DNA of 53,893 bases, counting the filler, from Sphacelaria rigidula (lineage: Eukaryota): the NCBI GenBank assembly GCA_964200075.2. It is 4 parts of 4 records of this genome, joined end to end, with 100 filler letters (N's around TTAATTAATTAA, not from the genome) between each part and the next. Parts side by side here need not be neighbours in the genome. Positions count along the whole stretch, not along the records: positions 26,998 to 40,395 come from CAXNAA020002906.1; positions 40,496 to 53,893 come from CAXNAA020002907.1; 2 more parts are not named here. One strand, 5' to 3'. Shown piece after piece: positions 38,270-50,940 of this stretch. Made by a program: the position numbers and the translations under genes. How positions within the stretch are numbered: the stretch's first letter is position 1; each line of letters opens with the position of its first letter. Under the pieces are notes generated by a model. The model ran no database searches. It had not been told where the DNA came from and saw only the letters and a list, made by a program, of their open reading frames with translations.

Positions 38270-39961
38270 TCAGTACTGGTGACCGGTCGCCTGCTTCTTC
38301 TCTCCGAGTTCGAAGTGCTTGCAGCGAGCGATAACGAGCTGCTTCTTGGCTTTGCATTCCTTGCACTCCAGTCGCAGCGTCACCTTCTTCGTGGTCTTTG
38401 CCTGTTCAACCACACATTCGCACGAAATAGACAGTTTCACGGTTAGGACAAATCATCACGACTCAAAATCACCAAATTCACGATTTCATCTGCCTGATTG
38501 CCCNNNNNNNNNNAAGGGGTGTCCCACGCAACTTTTGCGTCATTCAACGTGCCTGGGCTGCATGTACCTGGGTTATAACGCTGAAATGAGCCATGGGGAC
38601 TCTTTCATCACGAGTCAACTTTTATACTAAAACCAAGTAATTTCCGGACGAATCATCATTCGTCCCAACCGTGGACAGTTTTCACTGTTGACTTTGCTTT
38701 TATGCGGGGACGGGGTATACTTTTGAAGACAACCGATGGATGGAAGATATCCAAAAGTTGCTAGAGCAGGCCACCATGTGGAACAACTGATTCCATGTGA
38801 TGGTGAATCATGATAACGCACAACATGGGTGATACTATTCGACTGCTCAACTTCACACTTTCGTGGAGATATCTCCGGAAAAAATGTAAAACCACGTGAC
38901 TACATTTGGTCACATGATTGGGGTTCTCGCCAATGCCCACGGTAAGCAAGACATTTGACGGGGTATGCCGACAGCTTTGAGGTTAGCACATCGCCCATTC
39001 GGGAAATTCGGTTATCAGGTGGTTTGGGAGCCTATCGTATAGCCGACCAACAGTACACTCCAAGCTGGGCCAGCTTAAAGGTTGCTAAAAGTTGCTCACA
39101 CCACAGTGAACCTTATGTAAGCATATCACTGTGAACTACTAACCCACCCAATCACCAAGGACTGCGTCGCTGTTCGATTGACGTTGTATAGCCGATGACG
39201 TTGTTGTACCGCATAGAGTGCAGGTGGGTCTGATGTGGTTGAGCGAAAGCGTGTCGGAGTTCGTTGTTTTTTCATGCTTCGGGTTCACATCAGCAATCAC
39301 CCGCACTGGGAATTAGTGGAGTGCAGCAGCGTCACGGAAAATGTTGGAACACACGACCCAATAGTCTCGAGCTGAAATTTCAGCAAGACCTTCTGCACCC
39401 AAGGAACTGATGCTCCACGAGTCCATCTGCTGATGTTCATTTCTATCCTGAACCTTTGGCATGTTGTAGTTTATCTCCTCTGAGATTTCGAATCCCATAA
39501 CTTCCTCGTTTCTTCTAATTTTCTTTGCTGCTCCCGTGATCTTCTGCATTTCGATCATAAAAAGCTGTCAAAATTTTAGCTGCTATTCATCATGTGCGGG
39601 ACGCCTACCGGTGGTGACATGATCAAGAACCGCGTTGTTCGCATACTTCCTGAAGCGACCTTATATTCCCGATATTTCCGAACAGAGGAAGTAGCACGTA
39701 TTACTCTCCGGGGAGGTGACGCAATACTGCGAACTCACGAAAACGGCAAGAGGCCAGAAATTCATGTCATATCTTACGGTAAAACTACCGACCACTCGCC
39801 GCAACATGCCGTAATATATGTCTCGATGGAGCGAAGTCTGGGTGAAAGTGTGACGTAAATCAATCTCCTGGTCTGGTACAGCTGATACGTACCTTCTTGT
39901 GGAAGATAGGCTTGGTCTGACCACCGAAACCCCTTTGCTTGTGGTCATACCGACGCTTACC
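38270..39961 (-). CDS. RPL36A: 60S ribosomal protein eL42 (L36a/L44), last two exons
   Basis: Exon 39961-39893 encodes [23 protein letters not shown] (CAG| ... |GTACGT). Exon 38401-38270 encodes [43 protein letters not shown]. Both match the eL42 consensus closely. The 5' exons were not found before the segment end. Confidence 0.97.
38438..38673. mobile_element. MITE with perfect 8-bp TSD (hAT/P-like) in eL42 intron
   Basis: GACAGTTT|CACGGTTAGGACAAATCAT ... ATCATTCGTCCCAACCGTG|GACAGTTT. Confidence 0.88.
39061..39640. mobile_element. Mariner-like MITE, inverted relative of 27205-27800, in eL42 intron
   Basis: CAAGCTGGGCCAGC end. CTTTGCTGCTCCCGTGATCTTCTGCAT is the reverse complement of ~27310-27336. 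The right boundary is approximate. Confidence 0.65.
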
Positions 39962-40395
39962 CTGAAGATAAACACGGTCAACGAGGCGAGAAGGAGGCAA
40001 AAGTGTGGGCACATGAGATGTTCTTGACGGGACCCACTCTTCCGAACAAGATCGCCAAAAAGGGAGGCAAGGTACTTGGCCACGAGTTCTTCATGTATAC
40101 ACCTAACAAATTTCGAGCGTCTGCAACATACTATTTCGAGTTGGCTGTGCTGCTGCATGTGTAATCAGCCATTTTCGCCCATACGATGAGGCAACACACA
40201 ACAGGAGACAGATTAGACTCTCAATACAGTATGGGCCATCCAAGAAGCGGACTTTCCTTCAGGCCGTTCCAAGTGAATATCTATCGCGAGTTGTGCCCAC
40301 CATGACACATCGTGGTAATCTGCATATCAACGCGCGCCTCTCACTTCACGTAACACTGCGATCTGACAAGTTCCCATCAAACGAAATACCAAACT

Positions 40396-40495
40396 NNNNN
40401 NNNNNNNNNNNNNNNNNNNNNNNNNNNNNNNNNNNNNNNTTAATTAATTAANNNNNNNNNNNNNNNNNNNNNNNNNNNNNNNNNNNNNNNNNNNN
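40396..40495. other. Artificial concatenation spacer
   Basis: N44-TTAATTAATTAA-N44. Confidence 0.98.
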
Positions 40496-41187
40496 CAATT
40501 TGTTTTTTTTTTATTAATAGATCGCGGGTATTCTAGCCCTGTCGAGGCGTGGCTCGCATCGTACAGTCAGTTCTACAGTACTCGTTGTAGTGGCACTGGG
40601 AACACACAGTGTCGAATTACAATTGCGCGGATACATATCGTGCAATAAACGCTTTCTGCATTCGTAGTGATAGGCATCCTTTCCCATCCGGCTGTCAAAT
40701 GCGCGAAAGCTGGTCTGTAGCGCCAGGTATCTGTGCTGGTATGGAGACCTCTCTTCCAAGGATGTCCGCCCTCTTTAGTCTCAGCATATTTTAGGCCTTA
40801 GAGTATGACCGTCTTCGATTGACGCCGCGGATGATGAATTATAATTTCAGTACGATGCCTCCATAACGTTGAAAAGGAACAACACTGTGACACCCGCCTG
40901 TACTGCGACCCTCTCTGAATAATGACCATCGGTAGTGCACCGATCGGCGTGCAGTCTGTAGAGAGGTGCGCAGTTCATGGCGGCCGGCCCCCACGCGCGC
41001 TGTTGACGCTGGAAGGCGCTGAAACTTCGGGCATATGTCATGTGAACCACAGCCAACAGTTCCACGTCGCTATCTCTGGTGCTGTGCGCTGCAGCAGTGC
41101 GCACTATGGAGGAAAGCGGTCAGATTCTGTTCCGAAAAATGCTTTCTTTTCTTTTGGCGAAACACTGCAGACAGTACAGTACTCTCA

Positions 41188-41374
41188 GGCCGTATCTTAT
41201 CTAATTGTTTTCGTGTCGAAAACGTACGGTCGAATCGAATTCCCTCGTTTCTGATTCGCCCACGCTCTTTATTTTCTCAGATGGTTGAGAACATGGATGT
41301 CGTGGACGTATCAAGCAAGAGCAAATTCGATACCGTACGTTTTCGAGTCGAGAACAATTTGATAAGACACAGTC
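41188..41374. mobile_element. PIF/Harbinger-like MITE
   Basis: TCA|GGCCGTATCTTATC ... GATAAGACACAGTC|TCA. An inverted relative lies at 53261-53440. Confidence 0.75.
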
Positions 41375-41397
41375 TCATTCACGGCAGATCTTGTGAA

Positions 41398-41716
41398 CAG
41401 TAGACCTTAGGAAATGTACATAGACAACGGTTGTTACTCGATGTTACTTGATTTTAGACTGAAGAAAGTTCTCAAAAAATTATAACAGGTGAGCAGTGGT
41501 GAGCAGTAGACCCAGCTCGTCCAGAACGTGTTTTGGTCCAAAATCGGCTCAAAGGCGTAGATTTGCGTAAGAGACATTTTGCATCCCCCCTGCCTGAGGG
41601 TTCTCGGTATGCCTTGGTCGGGGTTAGGGTTAGTGTTAATGTTAGTGTTAGTGTTAGTGTTGGCGACATCTTCATAATACCAACCATTGTATACGTACAT
41701 TTCCTAAGGTCCCCGC
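41398..41716 (+). mobile_element. Telomeric-tract element with 8-bp TSD
   Basis: CTTGTGAA|CAGTA-GACCTTAGGAAATGTAC ... GTACATTTCCTAAGGTC-CCCGC|CTTGTAAA, with internal GGGTTAGGGTTAGTGTTAATGTTAGTGTTAG. Confidence 0.88.
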
Positions 41717-41889
41717 CTTGTAAAATGCCATGTGTTATTATTCACATGAAATAACTCGCAGCCTAGCCTGTTCGTCAAGAAGAAAAAAATGTCACTTGCA
41801 CATGTCGCAACATTAGCCGTCTTCTGTAGGTTGCACGCCCATTCTCACCTCAAATTTGAGAGTTGGATACTTGGAGAATCCAATGCATA

Positions 41890-44254
41890 CGAGCTGGGCC
41901 GGCCTACAAATGGATTTAAGCTCTAAAAGTAATTATCTCGTTGACACAGACGAGTTGGGCCGTGATCCGCATATCGTATTAATCGTCTAACCAAGGGGAA
42001 GATGCCCATCTGCTCGAAAGTTTGGGCCCATACTTTCTCGTTGATGAAACCCCATGTCCAGTAATTCCTATACCGTACGGAGAGAGCGCCCTTACTGAAA
42101 TCTCTATGAAAACCCGGATCGATGCATTCAGCGACGATTTTTGGTGTGGACATTCCCTAGAGCACGGGAAGACGATAGATACCCCTACCTTCACCTGATC
42201 CGTAATCTATCTCGGGATATGGCGCACATGTGTTTTCACACTAAAATCAGTATATTACGGGCAGATGCAAAAGATGCCCTAAATCTGGATATCGCATCTA
42301 AGTTTTTTTGAGAGTTCTATAAAATTTCGTGTGGTGAACCGCTAGTGCATACTAAAAAACAATTACAGGCTGGGCCAGCCTACAAGCGGATTTGTACTTT
42401 GCAGGCGAATTCGCAATTTTTTTCTTGGAGTTGGAAAATGAAGTTTGGTATGGACAATCAACAGGGCATGAAGAAAAGCTGTCTGTGAGGTCCCAACGTT
42501 TTTTTTTTCTCGTGAGTTAGGGGCATTTTACTAAGGGCAAAAACTGAGTTTTGAGGTTTTAGTAAAATGCCCTTACCTCACGAAAAAAAATTCGTTGGGA
42601 CCTCACAGACAGCTTTTCTTCATGCACTGTTAATTGTCCATACCATATTTCACTTTCCAACTCCAAGAAAAAAATTGCCAATTTACATCTGAAAAACCGA
42701 GGCCGTGGAAATTCGGAACAGTATTTTGCAGGCCGTTTATCGGCCCACGTTTGGTGTTTGTGGGTTGAAACTTTGTGTGGGACCTCGCTAGGTCGTGATG
42801 AACCAAGAAGATGGGTGAGGTTGGGTTTTATCTTATTTTTCACTGATTGCGGGCGTTTTAGTATGGTAACGATGATTTTTTTACGAGAACGCCCGAACCT
42901 CTCATGGAAAGGGAAAAAAAATGAAGGCCCATGTTTTTTTTACTCAGCATACCTCTGTCGTTCTCCATGCCAACTTTCAAATCACAATTCTAAAAATTGA
43001 GCTGAAATATTGAGACAAGGCCCCGGAGCAATGTTCATTTCTCCTCAAAACTCTCCTAAAAACACGAAAAAAGATGAAAAAAACGAAAAAAAAAACGAAT
43101 AAGCTGTGTTTTTGATTTCATCATGCACTTGCGGTTCCCCATACCAAATTTCATAGCACAACTCTCAGAAACTGAGACGCGATATCCAGATTTAAGTAAT
43201 CTAGTGCCTCTGCTCGTAATATACTGATTTTAGTATTGAACCTTATGTGCGCCATATCTCGAGATAGATAACGAATTAGGTGAAAGTGAGGGTATCTATC
43301 GTCTCCCCGTGCTCCAGGGAAGGTCCACACCAAAAATCGTCATCATCCGCTTGATCAATCATTTGGGTTTTCACATAGATTTTAATGTGGACACTATCGC
43401 CGCTAGGTATGAGAATTACTAGACATGGGGTTTACTCCACGAGGAAAAATTGGCCCAGATGTTTGAGCAGATGGGCATCTTCCCCTTGATCAGACGATTA
43501 ATACGATATGCGGATCAAGGCCCAACTCGTCTGTGTCGTTGAGATATTGCTTTGAGAGCTTAAATCCGTTATTAGGCTGGCCCATCCTGTAAAACAGATT
43601 GTTACCTTTTTTGTTTTTTTTCCATTTTTTTCTTGTTTTCAGTGGAGTGTTGAGGAGAAATGATCATTGCTCGTAGGCCTTATCTCAATTTTCTAGCTCA
43701 ATATTTTAAATCGTGATTTGAAACTTAGCAGGGAAAACCAAAAAAGTGTGCCGAATAAAAGAAGAATGGGCCTTCATTTTTTCATACTAGAACGCCCTGA
43801 ACCAATGAAGAAAAAAATGGAAGAAAAAACCTGACCCACTAAGTTCTGTTAATAATGCTCCAGAGAGCGCCCACACAAAATTTCAATACACGAAAACCAA
43901 ACGTGGGCCGGGGAGTGGCCTACAAAAAACTTTTCCGAAGTTCTACCGACCCGGTTCTTAAAGGCCCATGTTCCGCTCAATATTCAGAGTTGGAGCGTCA
44001 AATTTGGTATGGACAATGTATAGGGCATGAGAAAAAATTACGTCGGTACCATTTTTTTTCATGAGTGCAGGGCAATAATCAGTTTTCAGGTATCAGTAAA
44101 ATGCCCTTGACTCATGAAAAAAAAATGTTACCGACGTAATTTTTTTCTTCGTGCCCTATGCATTGTCCATACCAAAATTGACGCTCCAACTCTAAATATT
44201 GGATGGAGCATGGGCCTGCAAACTTTGAATCCGCCTCTCGGCTGGCCCAGCTCG
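41890..44254. mobile_element. Mariner-like MITE (outer copy)
   Basis: TA|CGAGCTGGGCCGGCC ... GGCTGGCCCAGCTCG|TA. Homologous to 10434-11639 once the inner copy is removed. Confidence 0.85.
42366..43589. mobile_element. Mariner-like MITE (inner copy, inverted)
   Basis: TA|CAGGCTGGGCCAGCCTA ... TAGGCTGGCCCATCCTG|TA. Confidence 0.85.
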
Positions 44255-44499
44255 TAATGAATAAATGTTGGGACATGATATATGTATACATCTATATATT
44301 TTCATGGGTCAAATGCAATGATCAAGGTCCAGTTTTCAGTGAAATGTTCGTGAGTCATGAAAAATGTTTACGTGCCAACATTCACCATTATTATGCCCTG
44401 TTCATTCTTCATACCAAATTCGGATGCCCAACTGTCAAAATTGAGGTGAGAACGGTTAATATAGAATCCGGACCGGTCGAAATTCGGAAGAGTATTTCG

Positions 44500-45722
44500 C
44501 AGGTAATTTACAGCATTACTCCTTCTCGATAATACGGAGGCGGTGTTTTTGCAGGTTAGACGCCGAGAAAACCCGCACCTCGCTTGTAGTGACGCCGAAA
44601 CTTCGAGAATATGTTGATCGGTACTACAGCAAGGTGTCGGAGCTGCAGCCGTGGCTGCACAAGGTGCTGCGGGCCCGATCTGCATTGAAACGAAGGATAC
44701 TATTCTATTAATATTCTTCGTTTTTTCAACATCTCCTGTCTGATAACGAATACAGTATGTACAATTTCGGTCAGGCTCGCAGACCGCACGGATCCTTCAG
44801 GCGTCATCACCAATCTTCGCCCAATTAGAGATGAACGCTCGCAGAAAACCAAAAAATAAACAGCATCTAGGCCCCACCATATATTTGAGGGTCTCGGCTG
44901 AACGTTTGCCGGTCCGAAAAGCTCGACACGTCAAGGTTAAGCCTATCTCACGCGACCGCTGCGTTCTGCCATGGACCCTGCCCCACGTTCCCGACAAGTG
45001 GGCAACATCCCCGTAGAGACAGTAGCAATGCTAGCGGATACAAGATCCCAACATTCTGGCGGCCGGCAAGGTAGTTATGGTCGTGTTCCCCTAGCGATAT
45101 CAACTTAGAGTGCACTGTTGCAGAGTTCACAGGTAAATATTTTGGCGATTGCCTCACCTGCAGTTTGCCCAGATGTGGTGGGTTTTCCCACCATCCCACC
45201 TCACCAGACTATATGTGAAAATGTATCAGATCCTGCATTTTATGTTGAAATGTCCCAGAAGGGCCAAAAACAATGCTTATTTTCTACTTTTTCTACTCAA
45301 ACGCCCCTCAAACTTGGAAAAAGGAGGAGAGAAAAATGTAAAGGAGCCGATTTAGTTTTTTATGCCCTAGGAGGAGTGATTCTCCATACCAAGATTCTCA
45401 AGCTGATGATGTAATTGTGTGGGCTGGGGCTTTATGGGTTTTTTCGTTGTTCGAGTTTTTTGGAACACGGGGAAGACAAAATCAACGCGTGACTTTCAAA
45501 ACTGAAACGATTTGGTGCATTTAGTGCCTTCGTTCGTGTTATTCCTTTTCGATAATATGGAGGCGGTGTTTTTGAAGGTTAGACGTGAAGAATATCCGCA
45601 CCTTGTGATGACGCCGAAACTTGGAGGATGTGTTGATTGGTACCACAGCAAGGTGTCGGAGCCGCAACCTTGGCCGCACATGGCGCTGAGGGCCTGGTCT
45701 ATATTGAAACGGTGAATACCAT

Positions 45723-45805
<83 letters not shown>

Positions 45806-46260
45806 CCACTTCCTGTCAGATGATGATTATAGTAGGTACAGTTTCGGTCGGGCTCGCAGACCGCAACGGACCCTTCCGGCGTCATAGTGAATCCTCGCGC
45901 AGTTAGGAATGAACGTTCGCAGAAAATCTCAAAAGAAGCGGCATCTAGGCCCCACCATATATGTGAGGGTCTAGGCTGAACTTTTGCCGGTCCGAAAAGC
46001 TCGATACGTGAAGGTTGAGGTTCTCTCACGCGACCACTGCGTTCTGCCATGGACCCTTCCCCACGTACCCGACAAGGGGGCAACATCACCGTACAGACGG
46101 TAGCAATGCTAGCGGATACTACGTCCTGACAGTCTGGCGGTCGGCAAGGTGTTTATGGTTATGTCCTTCCAGCGATATCAACTTATAGTGTACTGGAGCA
46201 GAGTATGCTGGTGAAAAATTTGGCGATTGCCTCACCTGCAGTTCGCCCAGATGTTGCGGA
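44500..46260 (+). repeat. Diverged tandem duplication (~700-bp units, ~1.05 kb apart) of a decayed coding-like sequence
   Basis: ~44500-45190 aligns with ~45530-46260 (e.g. CTGCGTTCTGCCATGGACCCT and GGCGATTGCCTCACCTGCAGTT). There are stops in all frames. Confidence 0.85.
45727..45800. repeat. (GT)37 microsatellite
   Basis: Perfect dinucleotide run. Confidence 0.97.
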
Positions 46261-47242
46261 TTTTTTCACGACCTTAGAGTAATATTGCATGTAAAAATGT
46301 ACCAGACCCCGGAGAGATCTCTACAGCCAGTACTGTCATAACACAATGTTGAAAGTGCACTGCGCACAGTATAGAATCTGTTTCCGATCATGATTTGTGT
46401 AACACTCGTACTTGAAGTCGGTAACTGCAATGCCACACTTCGAGACGACTATTTATTAAAATCTCCACGGTGTGAAATGTTACAGGCGGCTTTCGCGCCG
46501 TAGCGGCTGTATTACCATACAGCTTCGCCCAAGGTACAGGCAGCCGTTACAGCGGCTGAGGCGGCCGTTCACTCCTGCGTGCGCCACCTGGGGCAAACGC
46601 ACGCTGTAGCTGCAACACGGGCAGCTGTACAAAGTGTGGCGTAGCGATATAGCGCGTAACGAAGGGTGATTTCCCGCATACAAGTTGGCCGCAGCTGCAA
46701 GTGGCTGCGTTGATGATATGGGGAACTGCATAGGACGGCGCGAGATCAATGCAGCACAGGGATAGGCTAAGGTCGTGACGTCCTGTGGTGTGCTTTGTCA
46801 CCCTGTATCCTGCCGCTGTGCAGTGAGCAGATAGTAATGCCGTAGACGTCACGCTGAGGTTTCTACGTAGTGTCGAATACAGCAGCAAGCAGCATATTCT
46901 ATGTACAAGGATGTGTACAAAACCGATGCGCACTGAAAGGGGCCAGCATTTAGAGAACCCTGTACCAACTTCGCCCTGTTCTAGCGGATATTGATATATT
47001 CCCAGCGAAAATTGCTTGCGACATGTGCTGCGACGAATCTCGGGCGTCATGCAGCTTGCTCCCATGTGTAGCATCTCCTGTAAAGCCAGCTGTTGAAGCC
47101 AACATTGCCCAACCTTCCTCCCACAATGACCTCCTGTCTGAGCTCGAGATAACTGGATCTGTGGAACATGACTATAACTAGTAGAACGTACACGTCACCG
47201 ACACTAAAGCCTCCATATTATCGAAAAGGGATAACACTGCTG

Positions 47243-47765
47243 TATGTGTGTGTGTCATCCCATCTTTTCTGCCGGTCTACACCGTTCGGTATGTATGGGC
47301 GCATCGGCCGGGACCACACAGGAGTTTTTTTTTTCAGCACTCCATCTTCCTCCTGCGGCCCTCGCCTTCTTTTTCATCGCGAGAGCAGTAGATCTGAGGA
47401 TTTGTACGTGAACAATGGTTGGTACTCGATTTTACTTAGTTTCAGACTGAACAAGTTTTGAGAAAATTCATGGTCTGGGGCAGGTGAGCAATGGTGAGCA
47501 GTAGATCGAGCTCGTCCAGAACGTGTTTTGGCCCAAAATCGGCTGAAAGGCGTCGATTTTGAGCTCTGGCAACAAACACTTAGCCTAGGGAACACCCTGC
47601 ATCCCCTTGCCCGAGGGTTCTCGGTACACCTTGGTCGGGGTTAGGGTTAGGGTTAGCGTTAGGGTTGGCGGCATCTCCGTAGTATCAACCACTGTTTACG
47701 TACAAATCCTCAGATCGCCTCCGCGAGAGAGGTTCAGTGGCGCCTTTCCCTCGCCGACTGTGAAG
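47243..47765 (-). mobile_element. Dispersed repeat (possible retroposon 3' end with CA-rich tail) interrupted by a telomeric-tract element
   Basis: Shared with 26821-26897. The sequence rejoins across the CGCGAGAG duplication. Confidence 0.55.
47386..47721 (+). mobile_element. Telomeric-tract element with perfect 8-bp TSD
   Basis: CGCGAGAG|CAGTA-GATCTGAGGATTTGTACGT ... ACGTACAAATCCTCAGATC-GCCTC|CGCGAGAG, with internal GGGGTTAGGGTTAGGGTTAGCGTTAGGGTT. Confidence 0.92.
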
Positions 47766-47769
47766 TCAA

Positions 47770-48030
47770 TGGAATGTGATGTACACATCAAGAATCGTCT
47801 TCATTCGCTGTATACATCATTGGGGGTTTCAAATAGACTTCAGTATAGATCGTATCTCCATACGGTGTAGGAATCACTCAACACAACGTTTGATTGACGG
47901 GGAAACGATGGCCCAGGCTTTTGAGTAGATGTGCATTTTCCCCGTGAGTAGACGATCAATAAGATGCGGACCACGGCCCAATTCGTCTGTGTCGAGGACG
48001 TACGGCTGTGAAAGCTTGAGTCCGTTCTCA
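47770..48030. mobile_element. Degenerate fragment of the mariner-like MITE family
   Basis: Similar to ~43320-43570 (GGCCCAA.TCGTCTGTGTCG). Confidence 0.6.
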
Positions 48031-49974
48031 ATACAACAGTATTATAGGTGTTTCCCCAATAAGCGGTTTTGACGACGTGGAGCAGCGCTACATACCTGCG
48101 TGCACATAATTTTGTCGGTTTCCACTTTTACTTCCTTGAGGTGTGCATCTGAGTGGACAGTACAGTACGTTGGGTATGTATATCAAGGTGATGTGGTTGA
48201 ATTGTTTGCTCCACCAATATTCCCTGACAACCATGAACTTTGTTTCTTTCTCTGTTGGCTTTGCTGCAAATCCCCGTTGTGCGTGACAGGCGTGCGTGTA
48301 CCTGGAGGATGTGAAGGCAAGAGGTGATCGAGGCTCGGATGTCCCTCGCGAGATGAAGCTGTCGGTGCTGCGCTGGGATTACGCCCAAGAGTTCCCTCAA
48401 ACCAGGTTTGTGCTGCAAAAGTTGCATTTGCAACGTTGACAGTAAACGGTTGCAACGTAAGATCCTTGCCCTTCGGGAGTTCTATTTTCCACTCATCTTT
48501 TTTACTTTGACTGAGGGGCTGATCATACTTGACAGTGTTTTCGTGAGATTGAGAGTGAACAACGGTCAGTTAGTGAGTGAAATGTTTCAGTTCCGAAATG
48601 CCCCTCCACGAGGCCCAATATGCTTTCTGTAATTGCTGGCCACTGAGGCCCTTGATATCCCCGTGTAGGATATCGACGTGTAGCTGTAAGCACACGCAAG
48701 TGATGGAGGCAAAAAAAAGCACGCCCAGAATGAAAAATGGCCAAGTTTAAGCGAATGATCAAAGTCACTCTCAATCAGCGCTCTACTCTCAATTCCATGA
48801 GAACGTTCTTACTTGTGGCGCTATTCCTGCCGATATCCGACGGCATCCGCTGCCTCCGTTCAACCGTCCTCGCTTCCTACTCCCTAGTATTTCTCAACAA
48901 CCCCTGCCGATCGCGAGACTTTCATTTCAATGTATATTCACAGTATTATTCCTTTTCGATAATGTGGAGGCATTAGTGCGGAATATGTGTACGTTCTAGT
49001 AGATGGAGTCATCTTCCGCAGATCCAATTATCTTGAGTTCAGGGAGTAGGTCACCGTGGTGAAAGGGTCGGGCACTGTCAGCTCCAACAGCTGGCTTCAC
49101 GGGCGATGCTCCACGGTGAATAAGGCCGCAGTATGCACGAGATCCATCACAGCACATGTCGCAAGCGACTGCTGCTGAGAAGATGTTTAGATCCGCGAGA
49201 ACAGGGGCGAAGTTGGTGCAGGGTTCTCTAGATGCGGGCCCAACCCTGTGCGCATCGGTCTTGAAGCACACAGATATGATTACACTGCTTGCTGTCTGTG
49301 TTCAACGCTCGGGGGTGTACACATTTGGATTTTTCGCGTGGGACTCAAGAGTTGGACCTGAAATTTTGGAGGGACGGTGCAATTTGATTACTTCCACGCC
49401 ATCCTTGAACCATTCTTGTACCTTTGTTTGCTCCAAGAAAAAGACGGATCTTTCAGAAATTCAGACCAGCTCGGCAGTTCGTCACGTGTCATCAAAACCT
49501 AAGTAGATGAGCGTATGATGTGAGGTTTGTGTTTTGTGCGCGGGTAATGCTTCGAGTATCTGACCCTTCGTGCGGAAGAAATTGCGTCTTCCCTCTTTGA
49601 CGTGATTTGATGTAAACTTCAGGCAATAAGCAGGATCTTGACAAGTAGGATTGCAAATACGGTATCGGCATCTTGCCTTCTCAATTCTGACAGAATCGGA
49701 AGGGGAACGGTACGGAAAATGTACCATTCCACCACAGCTACGCTCAAAAATACCCTAGTACCTGGGTACCCGTGTGGCACCCGTTTAATTTATGAATACC
49801 CGGCTTATTTTTTAGAGTACCGGATACTGTAAACGCCTCTAATAGCCGGGCACAGTGCTCGAGTGCTGAAAAATTCCGGCCAGCTGTCACCAACCTCTAT
49901 CGCCAGTAGGGTTGAAGGCCAATCATCAGAGTTGACACGTAACCCGCCGCTAGAATTTCATGGTTGAAACATGG

Positions 49975-50217
49975 CTGATTCCGTGGAGACCCCAGCATTC
50001 GCATCTCTGGGAGGCTGACACCTGCAGATGCTCGGCCAGCGTGTGAAGCACCCGTTACTACTTATATCAGCACTTGCGGCACCGATTTGAACACTGCCAA
50101 CGAGCACGTCGCCTATTGCACCCTCTGCCCCTTCCTTGCCCGAGGGCTCTCAGTTTACCCCGTGTTGGGATGATGCTCGGGTTGTAGTTGAGTTGGTATG
50201 ATTGTCCACGGTGACTC
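49975..50217 (+). mobile_element. Telomeric-tract element, highly decayed copy
   Basis: Core GGCACCGATTTGA..CTGCCAACG..TGCCCGAGGGCTCTC followed by a decayed GGTTGTAGTTGAGTTGG tract. The ends are uncertain. Confidence 0.45.
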
Positions 50218-50400
50218 GAGGAACGAACCACTTCGTGTAGTAGGCAAGAATTATCATTTCGGATAGTTCGAAGAAAAAAAGTGTTTCCGCCGGGTATAGT
50301 ATAGGAGAGACGGATGGTGTTTTGAGGATTTTATCCTTCCACAGCGAAGATGGTCCGTTTGAGAATCCACGCATGCATGCCAATGCCTTGTGGCGTATAC

Positions 50401-50666
50401 CCCTTCAGCCCCGGAGATGTTCAGTTGGGGAACCGGCATCGTCAAAGGGGGGTTAACTCTTTGATCGCGAGGGTAAGCCGCCTGCTGAATCGGCATCAGT
50501 TTTCACTCGAAAAAAGTATGCGTGATCCAGATGGACTACCCGCATCGCGGTGTAAGGGCAAACCCTTTGCCCTCCAGGTTAAGCGATCTGGGTCTCACAT
50601 TCGCTACTGTATTTCAAGGGAAAATGATTTCGATCCAACAAGTGACCCACCTTGGCGGTCAAGGGA
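50401..50666. mobile_element. Tandem array of ~50-100 bp piggyBac-like mini-elements
   Basis: Units 50401-50452, 50457-50558 and 50563-50666 have CCCTT/CTCTT...AAGGG ends separated by TTAA or CAAA. Confidence 0.65.
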
Positions 50667-50940
50667 TTACTTTATAACATACACCAACACCCGTTGAAAA
50701 AAGATGGAATTCAAGCAGGAGATGTACCGGCGTTCGATGGATTGCAGTTTCCGCGGGGACGCCTTCTAACCGCTTGCTCTGTATGGTTGACCACAAAGAC
50801 TGTGTGTGCAGGTGTTGACGGATTGTTTCTTGAACGATGAAAGTCTGTGCTCTGGGACGTGTGCAAAATGCCGAGGAGTAGGCCTTGCGCAGGGGTTCAG
50901 AGCTTCAACCATTCGACCGTGAGCGTGGGTAATCTGCAGA

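Noticed and set aside
38402-39892. Intronic snoRNA in the eL42 gene
   Set aside because: I found no properly spaced C/D box pair, and the intron is largely MITE sequence.
39893-39961. Cycloheximide-resistance variant of eL42
   Set aside because: The Pro in GGQTKP is retained, which is the ordinary sensitive-type residue.
41621-41660. TTAGGG-like tracts as chromosome ends or fusion scars
   Set aside because: They are short, degenerate and always inside the same TSD-flanked element.
45496-46089. 197-aa ORF with (HT)n
   Set aside because: It is a translation of the (GT)37 microsatellite within a decayed duplication.
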